A DNA stretch of 63,346 bases from a virus (taxonomy: Duplodnaviria > Caudoviricetes), in IMG/VR virus record IMGVR_UViG_3300033153_008411, positions 1 through 63,346 of that record; one strand, 5' to 3'. The notes below the pieces were generated by a model. The model was not told where the DNA came from. It worked only from the letters and a program-made list of their open reading frames with translations, and made no database searches. Shown here piece after piece: positions 19,443 to 29,343 of the stretch (the first letter of the stretch is position 1; the number at the start of each line of letters is the position of its first letter). Made by a program: the position numbers and the translations under genes.

Positions 19443-22400
19443 TATTTTGCTGTCGGTTGAGTAATATTAGCAATTAAGTATTGATTAAATCTTCCATCGT
19501 ACGAATTATTTTGACCAAGAAATGATCCACTGGCTGTGTATAAATCAATAGGAACGATTTTTATTTTATCCATGTACGTAGTTCCGGTATAGTTATTGAA
19601 TGTATCTCGAACATTTCTTATTTTAAATTTTTTATTTTCGAAGTCAGTGTAACCTTTAACAGTATCCTTAAAAGAAAGTTCACCTGTAGAATAATTCATC
19701 GTTCCGATAGAAATATTGTGAAAAGTATCATAAGAAGAAACTAAGTATTCACCGAAAGTTCCATCTGTTAATGTCCAATGTGTAATTTCTCCTATTCCTG
19801 TTATGTCAATGTCACCCCTTCTATTGTACAGCGTTAATGTTCCAACAGATGTATAATCAACTTCTTTTACTTCAAACGTTCCTAGATTATCAGCACTTTG
19901 ACCGTCCCCGGTGATCGTTACAAAATCACCCACTAAAATGTCTTGAATATCTGTTAGTACATTACTTCCACCCGGTACAGGTACAGTTGTAAAATCAAAT
20001 CCTGTTGATCGGTCGATTCCACCATCACCACTTAAATCAATACCGTCTACGATGTCAGTTGATTTTCCGTTAGCTAACCAATCGAATGTCAATTCATCAC
20101 TGTCAACGGCAATTTCAATATCAGCGGCAAAATTTGGATTGGCGTCTAAATCTATTTTAATTCTAGCGGCCACCGCTGTTGCGGCTGTTATTCCGGTTAA
20201 TGTAACTTCGATGATCTCAATTGTGTCATTCGGTGCATCTGGCTTAGGATAAGGACTTCCACTATAAGCAGTACCACCCGCATCATAAAACCAAATCCAA
20301 TATTCTGTTTCATCTTCAGCTGACCAGATCTTGAAATAAGTTCCATCTAATACTTCACTCGAATTACCTGTTGCATCAAATACAACTTGTTTTGTAGCAT
20401 TGAGTGTGATAATCTGTACCGATTCACCATCACCATCAACAGTTGTAGCGGCGCAAGTTGATAATTCGTACGTTTTTAGATCTTCATCTTGTGTAATAGT
20501 GTAATTTTCTTCCATGATTAAATCATTTCTTTGTTCTTGAAGTATTAAATAATCATCATTATAGTTATCTAATGTTCCAGCTCCATTATAATGTGTCAAC
20601 TCGAATAAAATGTCTGTGTTTGCACCTTCACGTCTTTCAACCACTACATTGTCAAGATCGTCTGATCCAACTGCGAATGTTACCAGACCGCCATTGAATG
20701 TATTACTTTCTGAGATTGACCATGTATAAGCATGATTATCAATAGTTGCTAAACACAATTGATTTTTTGAATAAATTCTTATGTCTGATTTTTCGTCGTT
20801 TTCAACTAAGAATTTTAAACTATAATATTCTCTATATATTCCTGTTTCTGAAGTTTCACCTACAAGCGACAAATCGATTAGATCTGAGTTATCACCAAGC
20901 TCACTTAAAATACCAACTGTTTCTGTTAAGTACGCTTCTTCGACCGCTGAAATTGCGAATGTATCTGTTGCTTTTGTTCTGGTTAATTTACAAATCAAAC
21001 GCGAGTTTAGTTGTACCTGCCAAACTGTTGCAGTACCATCATTTGATAATTCGTATAAATTAGGAATATAATCATTTCCGTCTTTATTTTCAAACCTTAA
21101 TGCTTCGAATGATAGAACTTTTGTATCTCCAGCATCAATCATTTGAAAAGTGACAAATTCAACCTCTTGAATATCGACGTTGTACATAAATCTGTCTGAT
21201 TCGGCGTGTGTCAATTCACCGTATATTGGAGAAAGGCTAACTGGCAATGTAAACTGATCATAATTATCTGTTATGATTCTAGAAGAATTTTCATAAGAAA
21301 TTATATCATCCCTTTTCTTAACAAAGTTTGTTGTTAACGGATTATTATTAGAATCATATACAATTCTACCGTTCGTATCTTTTTGAAATAATACTGGTAA
21401 AGTTAAGAATGTACTCTTTGATGTATAAAATGTATCATAATTAACAATGAAATGGTGTGTGATTTCCAGATCAGCATTAACAATCCCGGCTGTATTTGTA
21501 GCGGCGGCTAAAAATTTTGTAAATTTTAATGATTCACCTAACCCGTTTAACTCATCGTCATAATGGGTGTTTAAGTTCGTATAAACGGTTGAGATAGCCG
21601 CTGTTTTTTCAGCGGGTGAGAAGGTGTCCGGTACCTCAATAAATGGATTGACGTCTATATATAGATACGTAGGCTTAGAAAATACACGGTTAGTTGAGAT
21701 AACTGATGCACCGTCTAAAGTTGGTCTTAATTCTGCCTCTTCTATTTCACTTAAATACAACTTTGCGTTGTTCAGAAAATCGTCTTCATCAAGCGAAGCT
21801 GGTACCGCTGTAATATATGTAATACCCCGTTGATCTTCATCTTCTGGAAAAAGGATAGGACCAGATTCAACGTTGTAATCTTTCATTGATGAATCGTTGC
21901 GTGATAATAACGCAATGATGTCGCTTTTGATAACCCCCCGCCCCCCGGTTGAGTAAAATCTATTAGCGTTGAAATTTATTTGCTCTATTGTTTCAGCATC
22001 TTCACCACCATAAGACTTCTGGCCAGCTGGAATAGCAATTGCAAATTTTGTATAGTCGAAAATAATTCCACCTGTTGTCGTGATAGCATCATAAGATACT
22101 GGCGTTACCCCTGTTTCATCATTTCCTGTTGATCCTTTAGTCTTTAAATATTCAATTTCAATTGTTTCTGTGATAGCTGGCATGTTTCCTAAAGTACCAT
22201 TACCGAAAATAATTTTAGGTTTGTATTCGTCTTTGATATCCTCTTCAATAAAGAATACATCATCATCATCTACTATTTGAAAGAATGATGGTGCGTACGT
22301 CCATTGTGTGTTATCCGCTCTTGATGTATTACTTGCTCGAATATAAACATTTAAATTATTTTCTTCTACATCGACAGAATTAACAGTAAAAGATTGTAAA

Positions 22401-22912
22401 GCTAGTCCTGTTCCGTATAAAGTCACATATTCAAATGAACCTTCAGTTAGTATAAAGTCGCCTTGTAATAGTACGTCATTGACGTATCTTAGTGTAATTG
22501 CATTCAAGTTTGTGAATGTGTACCCACTCGGTGAACTAGTGAAAATTGAATTAGCTGGAATAGTAACGGTCGCATCACTCGCAAAAACTACTTGGCCAGA
22601 TTCATCACCGTAGTATTCCATCGTGCCTGTAAATTGAGATGATATTTTTCTCTTTGGCCTATATCCCATTGTCTTTGCAATCGAGATAGCGTTCTTGCGG
22701 ATTTCTGTTGTGTCAAGAAAAATATTATTTGATTTTTGAACATTTTGATAACTAAGCAACATTGCAATATATGACATAGATTCTATCATATAACTGATGT
22801 TACTACCGTCGAAATCAAAAGTTCCCTGATAGTTTGAATATTCCTTGAGATAATCCACTACGCCCTGTCGAATATCTTCAAAACGTATAATATTTAAGGC
22901 AAACTCGGCCAT
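19442..22912 (-). CDS. Baseplate wedge protein gp6 (extended, 1156 aa)
   Basis: FEDIRQGVVDYLK..FDFDGSNISYMIE, FLDTTEIRKNAISIAKTMGYRPKR, IIFGNGTLG, GGEDAETIEQI. Confidence 0.9.
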   Translation of the reverse strand: MAEFALNIIRFEDIRQGVVDYLKEYSNYQGTFDFDGSNISYMIESMSYIAMLLSYQNVQKSNNIFLDTTEIRKNAISIAKTMGYRPKRKISSQFTGTMEYYGDESGQVVFASDATVTIPANSIFTSSPSGYTFTNLNAITLRYVNDVLLQGDFILTEGSFEYVTLYGTGLALQSFTVNSVDVEENNLNVYIRASNTSRADNTQWTYAPSFFQIVDDDDVFFIEEDIKDEYKPKIIFGNGTLGNMPAITETIEIEYLKTKGSTGNDETGVTPVSYDAITTTGGIIFDYTKFAIAIPAGQKSYGGEDAETIEQINFNANRFYSTGGRGVIKSDIIALLSRNDSSMKDYNVESGPILFPEDEDQRGITYITAVPASLDEDDFLNNAKLYLSEIEEAELRPTLDGASVISTNRVFSKPTYLYIDVNPFIEVPDTFSPAEKTAAISTVYTNLNTHYDDELNGLGESLKFTKFLAAATNTAGIVNADLEITHHFIVNYDTFYTSKSTFLTLPVLFQKDTNGRIVYDSNNNPLTTNFVKKRDDIISYENSSRIITDNYDQFTLPVSLSPIYGELTHAESDRFMYNVDIQEVEFVTFQMIDAGDTKVLSFEALRFENKDGNDYIPNLYELSNDGTATVWQVQLNSRLICKLTRTKATDTFAISAVEEAYLTETVGILSELGDNSDLIDLSLVGETSETGIYREYYSLKFLVENDEKSDIRIYSKNQLCLATIDNHAYTWSISESNTFNGGLVTFAVGSDDLDNVVVERREGANTDILFELTHYNGAGTLDNYNDDYLILQEQRNDLIMEENYTITQDEDLKTYELSTCAATTVDGDGESVQIITLNATKQVVFDATGNSSEVLDGTYFKIWSAEDETEYWIWFYDAGGTAYSGSPYPKPDAPNDTIEIIEVTLTGITAATAVAARIKIDLDANPNFAADIEIAVDSDELTFDWLANGKSTDIVDGIDLSGDGGIDRSTGFDFTTVPVPGGSNVLTDIQDILVGDFVTITGDGQSADNLGTFEVKEVDYTSVGTLTLYNRRGDIDITGIGEITHWTLTDGTFGEYLVSSYDTFHNISIGTMNYSTGELSFKDTVKGYTDFENKKFKIRNVRDTFNNYTGTTYMDKIKIVPIDLYTASGSFLGQNNSYDGRFNQYLIANITQPTAK

Positions 22913-22914
22913 TT

Positions 22915-23547
22915 TTATTTCTCCTTACAATTGTCAAAATGCCATCTTATGAAAGCACCATTTCCACCCTCTTTTTTACAATATGGACATGTTAATATTT
23001 TTTGTTTTTTTCCGTACATAGGATTTCCTTTTCCTGTAACTGCTTTTTTAATATTACTTTTCCATTCACTAGTAATAACAACATTTTTCCTTGATTCTTT
23101 CATTTTTTGTATAGTTAATTCAGAATGTTTTTTATTATACATTCCATTATCTTTTCCTTTATGTTTACCTTTTTGAGCTAAACACAATTTTTGTATATGC
23201 TCTTTAGATTTTGGTTTCCCTTTTTGTGCTTTACTCATTTTTTCTCGTTGTTGTTTACTTTTAGGAATTCCAAGATGCGAATCACTCGCCAATTTACTCA
23301 TTTTTTTTCTATATTCTTCATTTTCCCATTGTTTTTTTGCTTTTTCTGAATTTTTTAATTGTATTATTTCTTCTTTTCCAATTCTTCCAGATAAACCCAA
23401 CCAAGCAATTTTATCTTGCCAACGGTTATATTTTTCAAAAAGTTTTTTATGTGCTGTAGCGTGTTGTTCAACTGTTAATAAAATAATATTTATTAGATCG
23501 TCGGTACCGCCCGCATGTCTTGGTATGATATGATGCTTATGTTTCAT
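22915..23547 (-). mobile_element. Free-standing HNH homing endonuclease with NUMOD3-like repeats
   Basis: HKHHIIPRHAGGTDD..N..LLTVEQHATAH; repeated KMS..KGK / NPMYGKK; C-terminal CPYC..WHFDNC. Confidence 0.85.
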
Positions 23548-23948
23548 TACCTAATCTCTTTCAATAACTTTGTAAGTTGTAACGGGTTTTCAGATTCTTC
23601 GATTCTAAAATTAATATCGATAATGAACGTATTGTCATTCGGAAGTGGTGTTATTTCAACGTCCAAATCTAGTGCTCTAGGCTCATATTTTGAGATTGAT
23701 GATTCGATTTCTCTTAGAATTTCGTGCGAAGTGAAAATGTCGATAGGCTCGTAGATATACTGAAGAAGATCACAACCAAAATCACGCTTTCTGTATACAC
23801 GAGATTTTTTTTCAGTCGTAATAATATTCAATACAGAATCTAGAACAGATTCTTCATTTATTGATTTTTTGATATCTAGGTCTGTGTCGCTTACGGTTTG
23901 ACCGGTTTTCGATAGGTCAAAGTAAGACGTTCTTATAGATTGAGCCAT
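23547..23948 (-). CDS. Baseplate wedge subunit gp25
   Basis: SVLNIITT..SR...DFGCDLLQYIYEP...ISKYEPRA. Confidence 0.9.
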   Translation of the reverse strand: MAQSIRTSYFDLSKTGQTVSDTDLDIKKSINEESVLDSVLNIITTEKKSRVYRKRDFGCDLLQYIYEPIDIFTSHEILREIESSISKYEPRALDLDVEITPLPNDNTFIIDINFRIEESENPLQLTKLLKEIR

Positions 23949-23976
23949 ATTATTAAAAATTGTTGTTGTTTCTGTT

Positions 23977-23984
23977 TATTTATA
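23977..23984 (-). promoter_or_regulatory. T4-type late promoter TATAAATA
   Basis: Exact TATAAATA in the intergenic gap about 30 nt upstream of gp25. Confidence 0.7.
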
Positions 23985-23998
23985 ATATCTAAACAGTA

Positions 23999-24274
23999 TC
24001 AACTAATATGGCTAATAATTTCTATAGGCCCGGTGAGATTTATATCGACGTGAACAAATTTTGAGGTAATTTTGAGGTAATCAGTAGATACAACTATCTT
24101 GTTCAATATCTCTTCAGGTGGACCCCGGAATACTTTCGATATTTTCTCAAGGATAAGTTTATCTACCAATTCTTTAGTGTTCTTTATATCCTCTACTGAT
24201 TTACATGGGATTTGTTCGTATAAAGTAGAGAATGCAAGTACAGATTCTTCTATCTTAATACTAGGCTTAATCAT
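23999..24274 (-). CDS. Hypothetical protein
   Basis: ORF coupled to the upstream gene. Confidence 0.55.
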   Translation of the reverse strand: MIKPSIKIEESVLAFSTLYEQIPCKSVEDIKNTKELVDKLILEKISKVFRGPPEEILNKIVVSTDYLKITSKFVHVDINLTGPIEIISHIS

Positions 24275-24477
24275 TATACGTCTTGACGTTTGATCCCTTT
24301 GTCAACTACTTTTTCGTCGCTTTTCTTGAGTTTTTTTGATTCTTTGCCTTTTTTGTCTTTGTCTTTTACAACGCTTTTGGCTGGAACGTCTCGACCAGGA
24401 TTCTCAGCACCCATATCTTCACGCTTAAGTTCTTCTTCGATATCTTTTTCGAACATGTCTTTAAATTGGTTTTCCAT
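24274..24477 (-). CDS. Small charged late protein
   Basis: GGAGA RBS and upstream late promoter; K/E-rich. Confidence 0.6.
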   Translation of the reverse strand: MENQFKDMFEKDIEEELKREDMGAENPGRDVPAKSVVKDKDKKGKESKKLKKSDEKVVDKGIKRQDV

Positions 24478-24504
24478 CTTTTCTCCAAATATTTTTATTT
24501 ACTT

Positions 24505-24512
24505 TATTTATA
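24505..24512 (-). promoter_or_regulatory. T4-type late promoter TATAAATA
   Basis: Exact motif about 28 nt upstream of the 24477 start. Confidence 0.6.
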
Positions 24513-24771
24513 AGACCATTAAATCTATTGCAATTCTTATTGTTTTGTAATCTGCGCCCTCAAATATTACTTTATACCAACAGTATTTATCTTTGATCTC
24601 TTCTTTATCGACACCTTTAATCCGTGGTCGTTTCATTTCATCCCAAAAATCTTTTTCGATCTCTTCTATAGTCAACGGCGTACCCAAATCTTTAGCGTAT
24701 TTAACGAAAGCTTCACAAAATTCTTTAGGTTTTAGCCCTTTATCGTACGGCGATTTATGTGTTTGTTTCAT
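24508..24771 (-). CDS. Family A (YCW) small protein
   Basis: YCWYKVIF; ends IAIDLMVL. Confidence 0.7.
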   Translation of the reverse strand: MKQTHKSPYDKGLKPKEFCEAFVKYAKDLGTPLTIEEIEKDFWDEMKRPRIKGVDKEEIKDKYCWYKVIFEGADYKTIRIAIDLMVL

Positions 24772-24989
24772 AAAAATCTCAATTCAAGTGCGACCCTTTC
24801 TACTGAACTATTTCTATTTTCAAGAAGTTCTACGTACCAGCAATATATATCAATTAGCTCATTTACTCTATCTGGTTTTTCTTTCATACGCATTTCCAAA
24901 TATTCACCAGCTCCTTTCATTGTAACATTATCAAATATTTTATTGTGGTCTTTAATATATCTTTCAACCTCATCTTTTTTTGTGAACAT
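24768..24989 (-). CDS. Family A (YCW) small protein
   Basis: YCWYVELL; ends VALELRFL. Confidence 0.7.
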   Translation of the reverse strand: MFTKKDEVERYIKDHNKIFDNVTMKGAGEYLEMRMKEKPDRVNELIDIYCWYVELLENRNSSVERVALELRFL

Positions 24990-25228
24990 TATAAAAGCCT
25001 CAATTCTATTGCTGCTAGTTCAACCCTGAAATCTTTACCTTCAAGAATTTCTTTATACCAACAGTATATGGTAAATAGTTGATCCTTCTCATCTCCTTCT
25101 TTGGTACTTCTCAAAACCTTAAAAATTTCTTCTTCAACTCTTTCCATTGTTAAGTCTTTGCCTGCATTTTTAAAATTCTCTGCATTTTCAAGAATTTCTT
25201 TTTTATTTTTTATCATATTATTGTTCAT
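24989..25228 (-). CDS. Family A (YCW) small protein
   Basis: YCWYKEIL; ends AAIELRLL. Confidence 0.7.
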   Translation of the reverse strand: MNNNMIKNKKEILENAENFKNAGKDLTMERVEEEIFKVLRSTKEGDEKDQLFTIYCWYKEILEGKDFRVELAAIELRLL

Positions 25229-25683
25229 ATTAATCTGAATTCAAGAACAGATTTTTCAAGCTCATAATTACCACCACACAAAATAACTTTGATCCAACAG
25301 TACGCTTCAATAGCTCGTATTAAATACATAATATTCGATTCACCGAGCTTCCTTGCGTGTTCAAAATATATATCGTAATCGTGTTCTAATTTTTTCCATG
25401 TAACTTCAGTTCCACCTTCACGCATACAATCAATGACTGTTTTCATTCTTTCACGAGTAATAGGATCACTAATATTTGTCATTTGATCTTTATCTCCTGA
25501 TATAGTTAATATTGTATCTGAATAACACCATCTAAACACATTTAATTCACTCTGTCCAGCTATTTTTAGTGCATCTAAAAGATTATTCACCGGTTTGTAC
25601 CAAGTTCCAACTGGAAATTTAGTACCTTTTGAGCCGTACTGAATGTTGATATTTACAGATAAGATAACTTGATCATTTTTCAT
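25225..25683 (-). CDS. Family A (YCW) protein with N-terminal extension
   Basis: YCWIKVIL; ends SVLEFRLI. Confidence 0.7.
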   Translation of the reverse strand: MKNDQVILSVNINIQYGSKGTKFPVGTWYKPVNNLLDALKIAGQSELNVFRWCYSDTILTISGDKDQMTNISDPITRERMKTVIDCMREGGTEVTWKKLEHDYDIYFEHARKLGESNIMYLIRAIEAYCWIKVILCGGNYELEKSVLEFRLI

Positions 25684-25928
25684 AATAATTGAAACTCTAA
25701 AGCGGCTTTTTCTATATTGTAGTCAGCGTCAAATAGAATTTCTTTCAGTAAACAAAATGCGTGAATGTAAAATTCTAGTTTACTTTTACTAGATTTAGTT
25801 TGATTAAAAAATAAAAAATAATCTTTTTCGATCTCTTCCCATGTAGGCATACTATTTGCTTTTCTTCGTTGAATAATTATTTCTTCTAGACTTTCTTTAG
25901 TTAAGGATTCTATGTTGTAATTTTTCAT
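25680..25928 (-). CDS. Family A (YCW) small protein
   Basis: FCLLKEIL; ends AALEFQLL. Confidence 0.7.
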   Translation of the reverse strand: MKNYNIESLTKESLEEIIIQRRKANSMPTWEEIEKDYFLFFNQTKSSKSKLEFYIHAFCLLKEILFDADYNIEKAALEFQLL

Positions 25929-25930
25929 TG

Positions 25931-26167
25931 TTATAATAACCTGAACATTAAAGCTGTCAGTTCATTTTCGAAGTTTTTACCATCACTGAGAATGATTTTG
26001 TACCAGCAATAAGCTTCTAATACTTCTTGCTCTGGTTGATAAGAAGATACATCAATCATATTTTTAAAACGATCTTCAACCATTTCGAATGTTAAATCTT
26101 CTTCGTGTGATTTATTATACGCCTTTATTTTATCTATAGCTTGTCTTCTGGTTACTTTTCGTTTCAT
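25931..26167 (-). CDS. Family A (YCW) small protein
   Basis: YCWYKIIL; ends TALMFRLL. Confidence 0.7.
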   Translation of the reverse strand: MKRKVTRRQAIDKIKAYNKSHEEDLTFEMVEDRFKNMIDVSSYQPEQEVLEAYCWYKIILSDGKNFENELTALMFRLL

Positions 26168-26403
26168 AATTCTAATAAATCATTAGCTACTCTTACTGTT
26201 TTATAATTTCCACCATTAAGTATAACAATAAACCACGCATAGGCGCATCTGACACCTTCTTTTACCTCTTCTCTTTCATCACCGTTAATAATCTTGATAT
26301 AATCTCTTTTTATTGTTTCTAGATTTGGTTCACTACCCTTTGAATAGTGATCTTGAATCCTTGCTAATACGTCTGTTTTTGTTGAAAGAAAAGCATCAAT
26401 CAT
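26164..26403 (-). CDS. Family A (YCW) small protein
   Basis: Start revised to MIDAFL at a TAATG overlap; YAWFIVIL; ends VANDLLEL. Confidence 0.65.
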   Translation of the reverse strand: MIDAFLSTKTDVLARIQDHYSKGSEPNLETIKRDYIKIINGDEREEVKEGVRCAYAWFIVILNGGNYKTVRVANDLLEL

Positions 26404-26657
26404 TACATCTCCATAAAATCTAATATTATTTTGTGTTTTTTGTAAGTTCCACCCAACATGGCTACTCTCCAGCAAGCAATTATTTTATTACGTGTATCTA
26501 TACTGTAACGATTTTTTAATACATAACGCCAATTATTTTCAATTGTATTAAGAGTGTCATAAATATCACCGTCTGCTAAATCTTCCTGGATTTCTTTTAT
26601 CATTTTTTCAGGAGTAATTTCTTTCCAATAGTCATCTGATACTGTCTCTCTTTTCAT
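26403..26657 (-). CDS. Family A (YCW) small protein
   Basis: ACWRVAMLGG; ends IILDFMEM. Confidence 0.65.
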   Translation of the reverse strand: MKRETVSDDYWKEITPEKMIKEIQEDLADGDIYDTLNTIENNWRYVLKNRYSIDTRNKIIACWRVAMLGGTYKKHKIILDFMEM

Positions 26658-26965
26658 TACATTTCCATTAGTTCTAAAGCTAGTAGCTCGTGCTCTATGC
26701 TACCATACCCACGGTATATTATTTTGATCCAGCAATAGGTTCTACGAATATATTCTTTATCCCAATCGCTTTCTGATGGACTACTTGATCTATTTAAGAG
26801 ATATTTGTACTCTTTCTCTAATCGCTCAAAAGTGTATTTCTCTCCTCTTGCCTCTTCCAAAACCAACAATCTTGCTTCTACATCTGCTCTTGTTGGTTTT
26901 GGTTCGAATGCAATAGGATCAAATTTTGGTCTGATACCCATCTTAATCAAACAAAGATTTGTCAA
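26657..26965 (-). CDS. Family A (YCW) small protein
   Basis: YCWIKIIY; ends LALELMEM. Confidence 0.7.
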   Translation of the reverse strand: MTNLCLIKMGIRPKFDPIAFEPKPTRADVEARLLVLEEARGEKYTFERLEKEYKYLLNRSSSPSESDWDKEYIRRTYCWIKIIYRGYGSIEHELLALELMEM

Positions 26966-27299
26966 TTCTTATAAAAGGTACACCTTTGATTCCCATGTCC
27001 ATTTCAAAAAAACTGATATTCGGATCATTAACCACGACTATCATTTTATCTTCATCGACATCGATTGAGAAATCGGTAACATTGCGCTCTTGCATAGATA
27101 GTGCCAAATCGCTTAAATATTCTGGATCAATTTGATAAACGTATTTGTCATCATCCATATAATCTAAGAATTTATCTTTGACAGGTTCAAGGATTTCTTT
27201 CGTTACAAATTCCTTTCCAGCTTCTTTTATACTATCCGTTGCAGCATCAATAATTCGATCAGCAATCAGTTGTAAAATTATTGAAGTTGTTATAATCAT
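26943..27299 (-). CDS. Hypothetical protein
   Basis: AGGAGA RBS. Confidence 0.6.
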   Translation of the reverse strand: MIITTSIILQLIADRIIDAATDSIKEAGKEFVTKEILEPVKDKFLDYMDDDKYVYQIDPEYLSDLALSMQERNVTDFSIDVDEDKMIVVVNDPNISFFEMDMGIKGVPFIRIDKSLFD

Positions 27300-27308
27300 T
27301 TTTTCTCC

Positions 27309-27950
27309 TTATATTAGAATTGCTTCAATTCGTGGATCTTCTAATTCTTGTACGACTTTGATATTTACTTCATCGTCATCGTAAAATTTGATGTGCTCAA
27401 ATCCCATCCGATTAGCAAATATTTCTTGTAGAACAAATGCTTTCAGATATTCATTTCTTAGTATCCTTAAATCAAGATCTGTTAATTCATTCAATGAATT
27501 TATTGTTGCTTCATCTCGAACAGCGAACGTGTACTTCTTTCTGAGTTGTGTTCTTGGAATTGGTTTTAAGACTCCGTGTGGATCTTTGTATTCAAGGATA
27601 GATTTTAAGCCGAAAAGGACACCCCTTTGATCACCCCTAGCAGTCAATATACCGATTTTATCACCCCGGTTAACTGCATTGTCCAATTCGGCAAAAATAT
27701 TTTTGTTTACTTTTCCGTTTGCTATGGTTTTGTATACATTGTCAAACCCCTGAAAATCGTCGTAGTCAACTTCGGCGTCTTCTGATAGGGTTTGTCGGAT
27801 TTCAGCCCACTCTCTTGTTGTTGCTTCGTGCCATTCTTCTGAAAGTGGATCTTTGTACCTTATTTTAGCTGATGAGTGTATCAAACAATCATCGACATCA
27901 AATACTGAAATAATTTTTTTTTCTTGTATGTATTCTTTGAAATTCTCCAT
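27309..27950 (-). CDS. HAD-superfamily phosphatase (RNA-repair HAD-like)
   Basis: Motif I VFDVDDCL, motif II GILTARG, motif IV KFYDDD. Confidence 0.75.
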   Translation of the reverse strand: MENFKEYIQEKKIISVFDVDDCLIHSSAKIRYKDPLSEEWHEATTREWAEIRQTLSEDAEVDYDDFQGFDNVYKTIANGKVNKNIFAELDNAVNRGDKIGILTARGDQRGVLFGLKSILEYKDPHGVLKPIPRTQLRKKYTFAVRDEATINSLNELTDLDLRILRNEYLKAFVLQEIFANRMGFEHIKFYDDDEVNIKVVQELEDPRIEAILI

Positions 27951-28557
27951 TCGTTACCATTATAAAAATTGATTCGTTAATATACAAGGCTAAGGTTAAT
28001 TCTGTCTTGTGGAAATACTTATAGAATCTCCTTAAGCCTCTTACTACTTTAGCGTAATATTCGGCCTTATTTTTACTTCCATTGTACGATGAAACAGCAC
28101 AATGAAATAGGTTGATGTAACCTTTTTCTTTAATTATACCACGCTTTATCCAGTTTTGGCAATACTCTTTTTTCTTCTGGAAAATAAATGTACCGGCGTT
28201 GATGTTTATATACGGTATATATAAATCTCTAGTTCGACCAACAATTCCACGCTTGATTAAATTATCTTTATTTCTTTTGTTTTTTATCCAAACAGTTCTG
28301 TTGATCTGCATTAACCCATAATTTCCTTTGCTTCTAGCCCAACGATTAAAATCACTTTCCACTTGATTAATGACTAAAATTACAACCGGATCGTGATTTC
28401 GTTTAGCGGAATACTTGATAATGTTCTGACTTATCAGTTTTACATCCATTGTGGAAATTTTCGGGTTTTCAGCTCTTATGTAATCTTCGAAATTGTTTGC
28501 GTACGCAAAAAAAGAGTAAAAGAATACACAAAAAACCAATATTGATTTTTTTAACAT
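27898..28557 (-). CDS. Lytic transglycosylase (SLT domain) with signal peptide
   Basis: N-terminal signal ending in AYA; VESDFN, YGLMQIN, NINAGT, SSYNG. Confidence 0.85.
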   Translation of the reverse strand: MLKKSILVFCVFFYSFFAYANNFEDYIRAENPKISTMDVKLISQNIIKYSAKRNHDPVVILVINQVESDFNRWARSKGNYGLMQINRTVWIKNKRNKDNLIKRGIVGRTRDLYIPYININAGTFIFQKKKEYCQNWIKRGIIKEKGYINLFHCAVSSYNGSKNKAEYYAKVVRGLRRFYKYFHKTELTLALYINESIFIMVTNGEFQRIHTRKKNYFSI

Positions 28558-28603
28558 ACATCCTCAAAATTTAATTAATAAAAGATTGATTCCTTTACAG
28601 GAC

Positions 28604-29323
28604 TTATCCTATAAAGAAATCTACGGGTAACGACAATTCTTCCCTAAGTTCAGTCTCCAGTTTTTCTATTTCTTCTTTCGCTTCGGTTAAAATAGTTTGT
28701 GCATCGGTCGTTAGACCACCCGGCAACATAGACCCCGTATATTTGGTAAGATTTTGACCCCACTGATATTTTGTCAGTGCGGTTGAATAGTCCCTTATCC
28801 AGTGATGATCATATATAGGTGAAGTATCTGTTTTGTCTACATACTCATAATATAAAATACCCATCTGCATTGATGTTATTGGTATCTGAATAAAGGTTAA
28901 TTTTTTGGTAGTTGTGTTGTAATTAAATATTTCTTTAATTCGTAAATAGAAATTTATTGTCTCAATTTCTTGACGTGCTAGTTCTAATGTAAACAGTCCA
29001 CCTGTCTTTGTCAAGTGCATTCCGTATTGATCTGCTAATAAACGTCCCGGAAAAACAGCATCAAATTTGTATTCTGTTGTATTGTATACGTCACGAATTG
29101 AATGAACATCTTCATCCATTGTGTAACTTCTTGTTCCAGCTTCAACGTTAATAGTCTTAAACATTAAATTAGTACCGTCATCAGCGTGTTCAATGAACGT
29201 ATCAACTGTTCTATTAATTGCGTGTCTAATCTGTTTTTCGTGAACTTCAACTCGAATTACGGGTTCACCAAGCCGTTCTTTTATATACTCTATCAATTCA
29301 GATAGAGAGTTTACATAAGCCAT
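28604..29323 (-). CDS. Neck protein gp13-like
   Basis: YIKERLGEPVIRVEV; WIRDYSTALTKYQWGQNLTKY..LPGG. Confidence 0.9.
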   Translation of the reverse strand: MAYVNSLSELIEYIKERLGEPVIRVEVHEKQIRHAINRTVDTFIEHADDGTNLMFKTINVEAGTRSYTMDEDVHSIRDVYNTTEYKFDAVFPGRLLADQYGMHLTKTGGLFTLELARQEIETINFYLRIKEIFNYNTTTKKLTFIQIPITSMQMGILYYEYVDKTDTSPIYDHHWIRDYSTALTKYQWGQNLTKYTGSMLPGGLTTDAQTILTEAKEEIEKLETELREELSLPVDFFIG

Positions 29324-29343
29324 ATTAAATTACTCAAAAAGAA

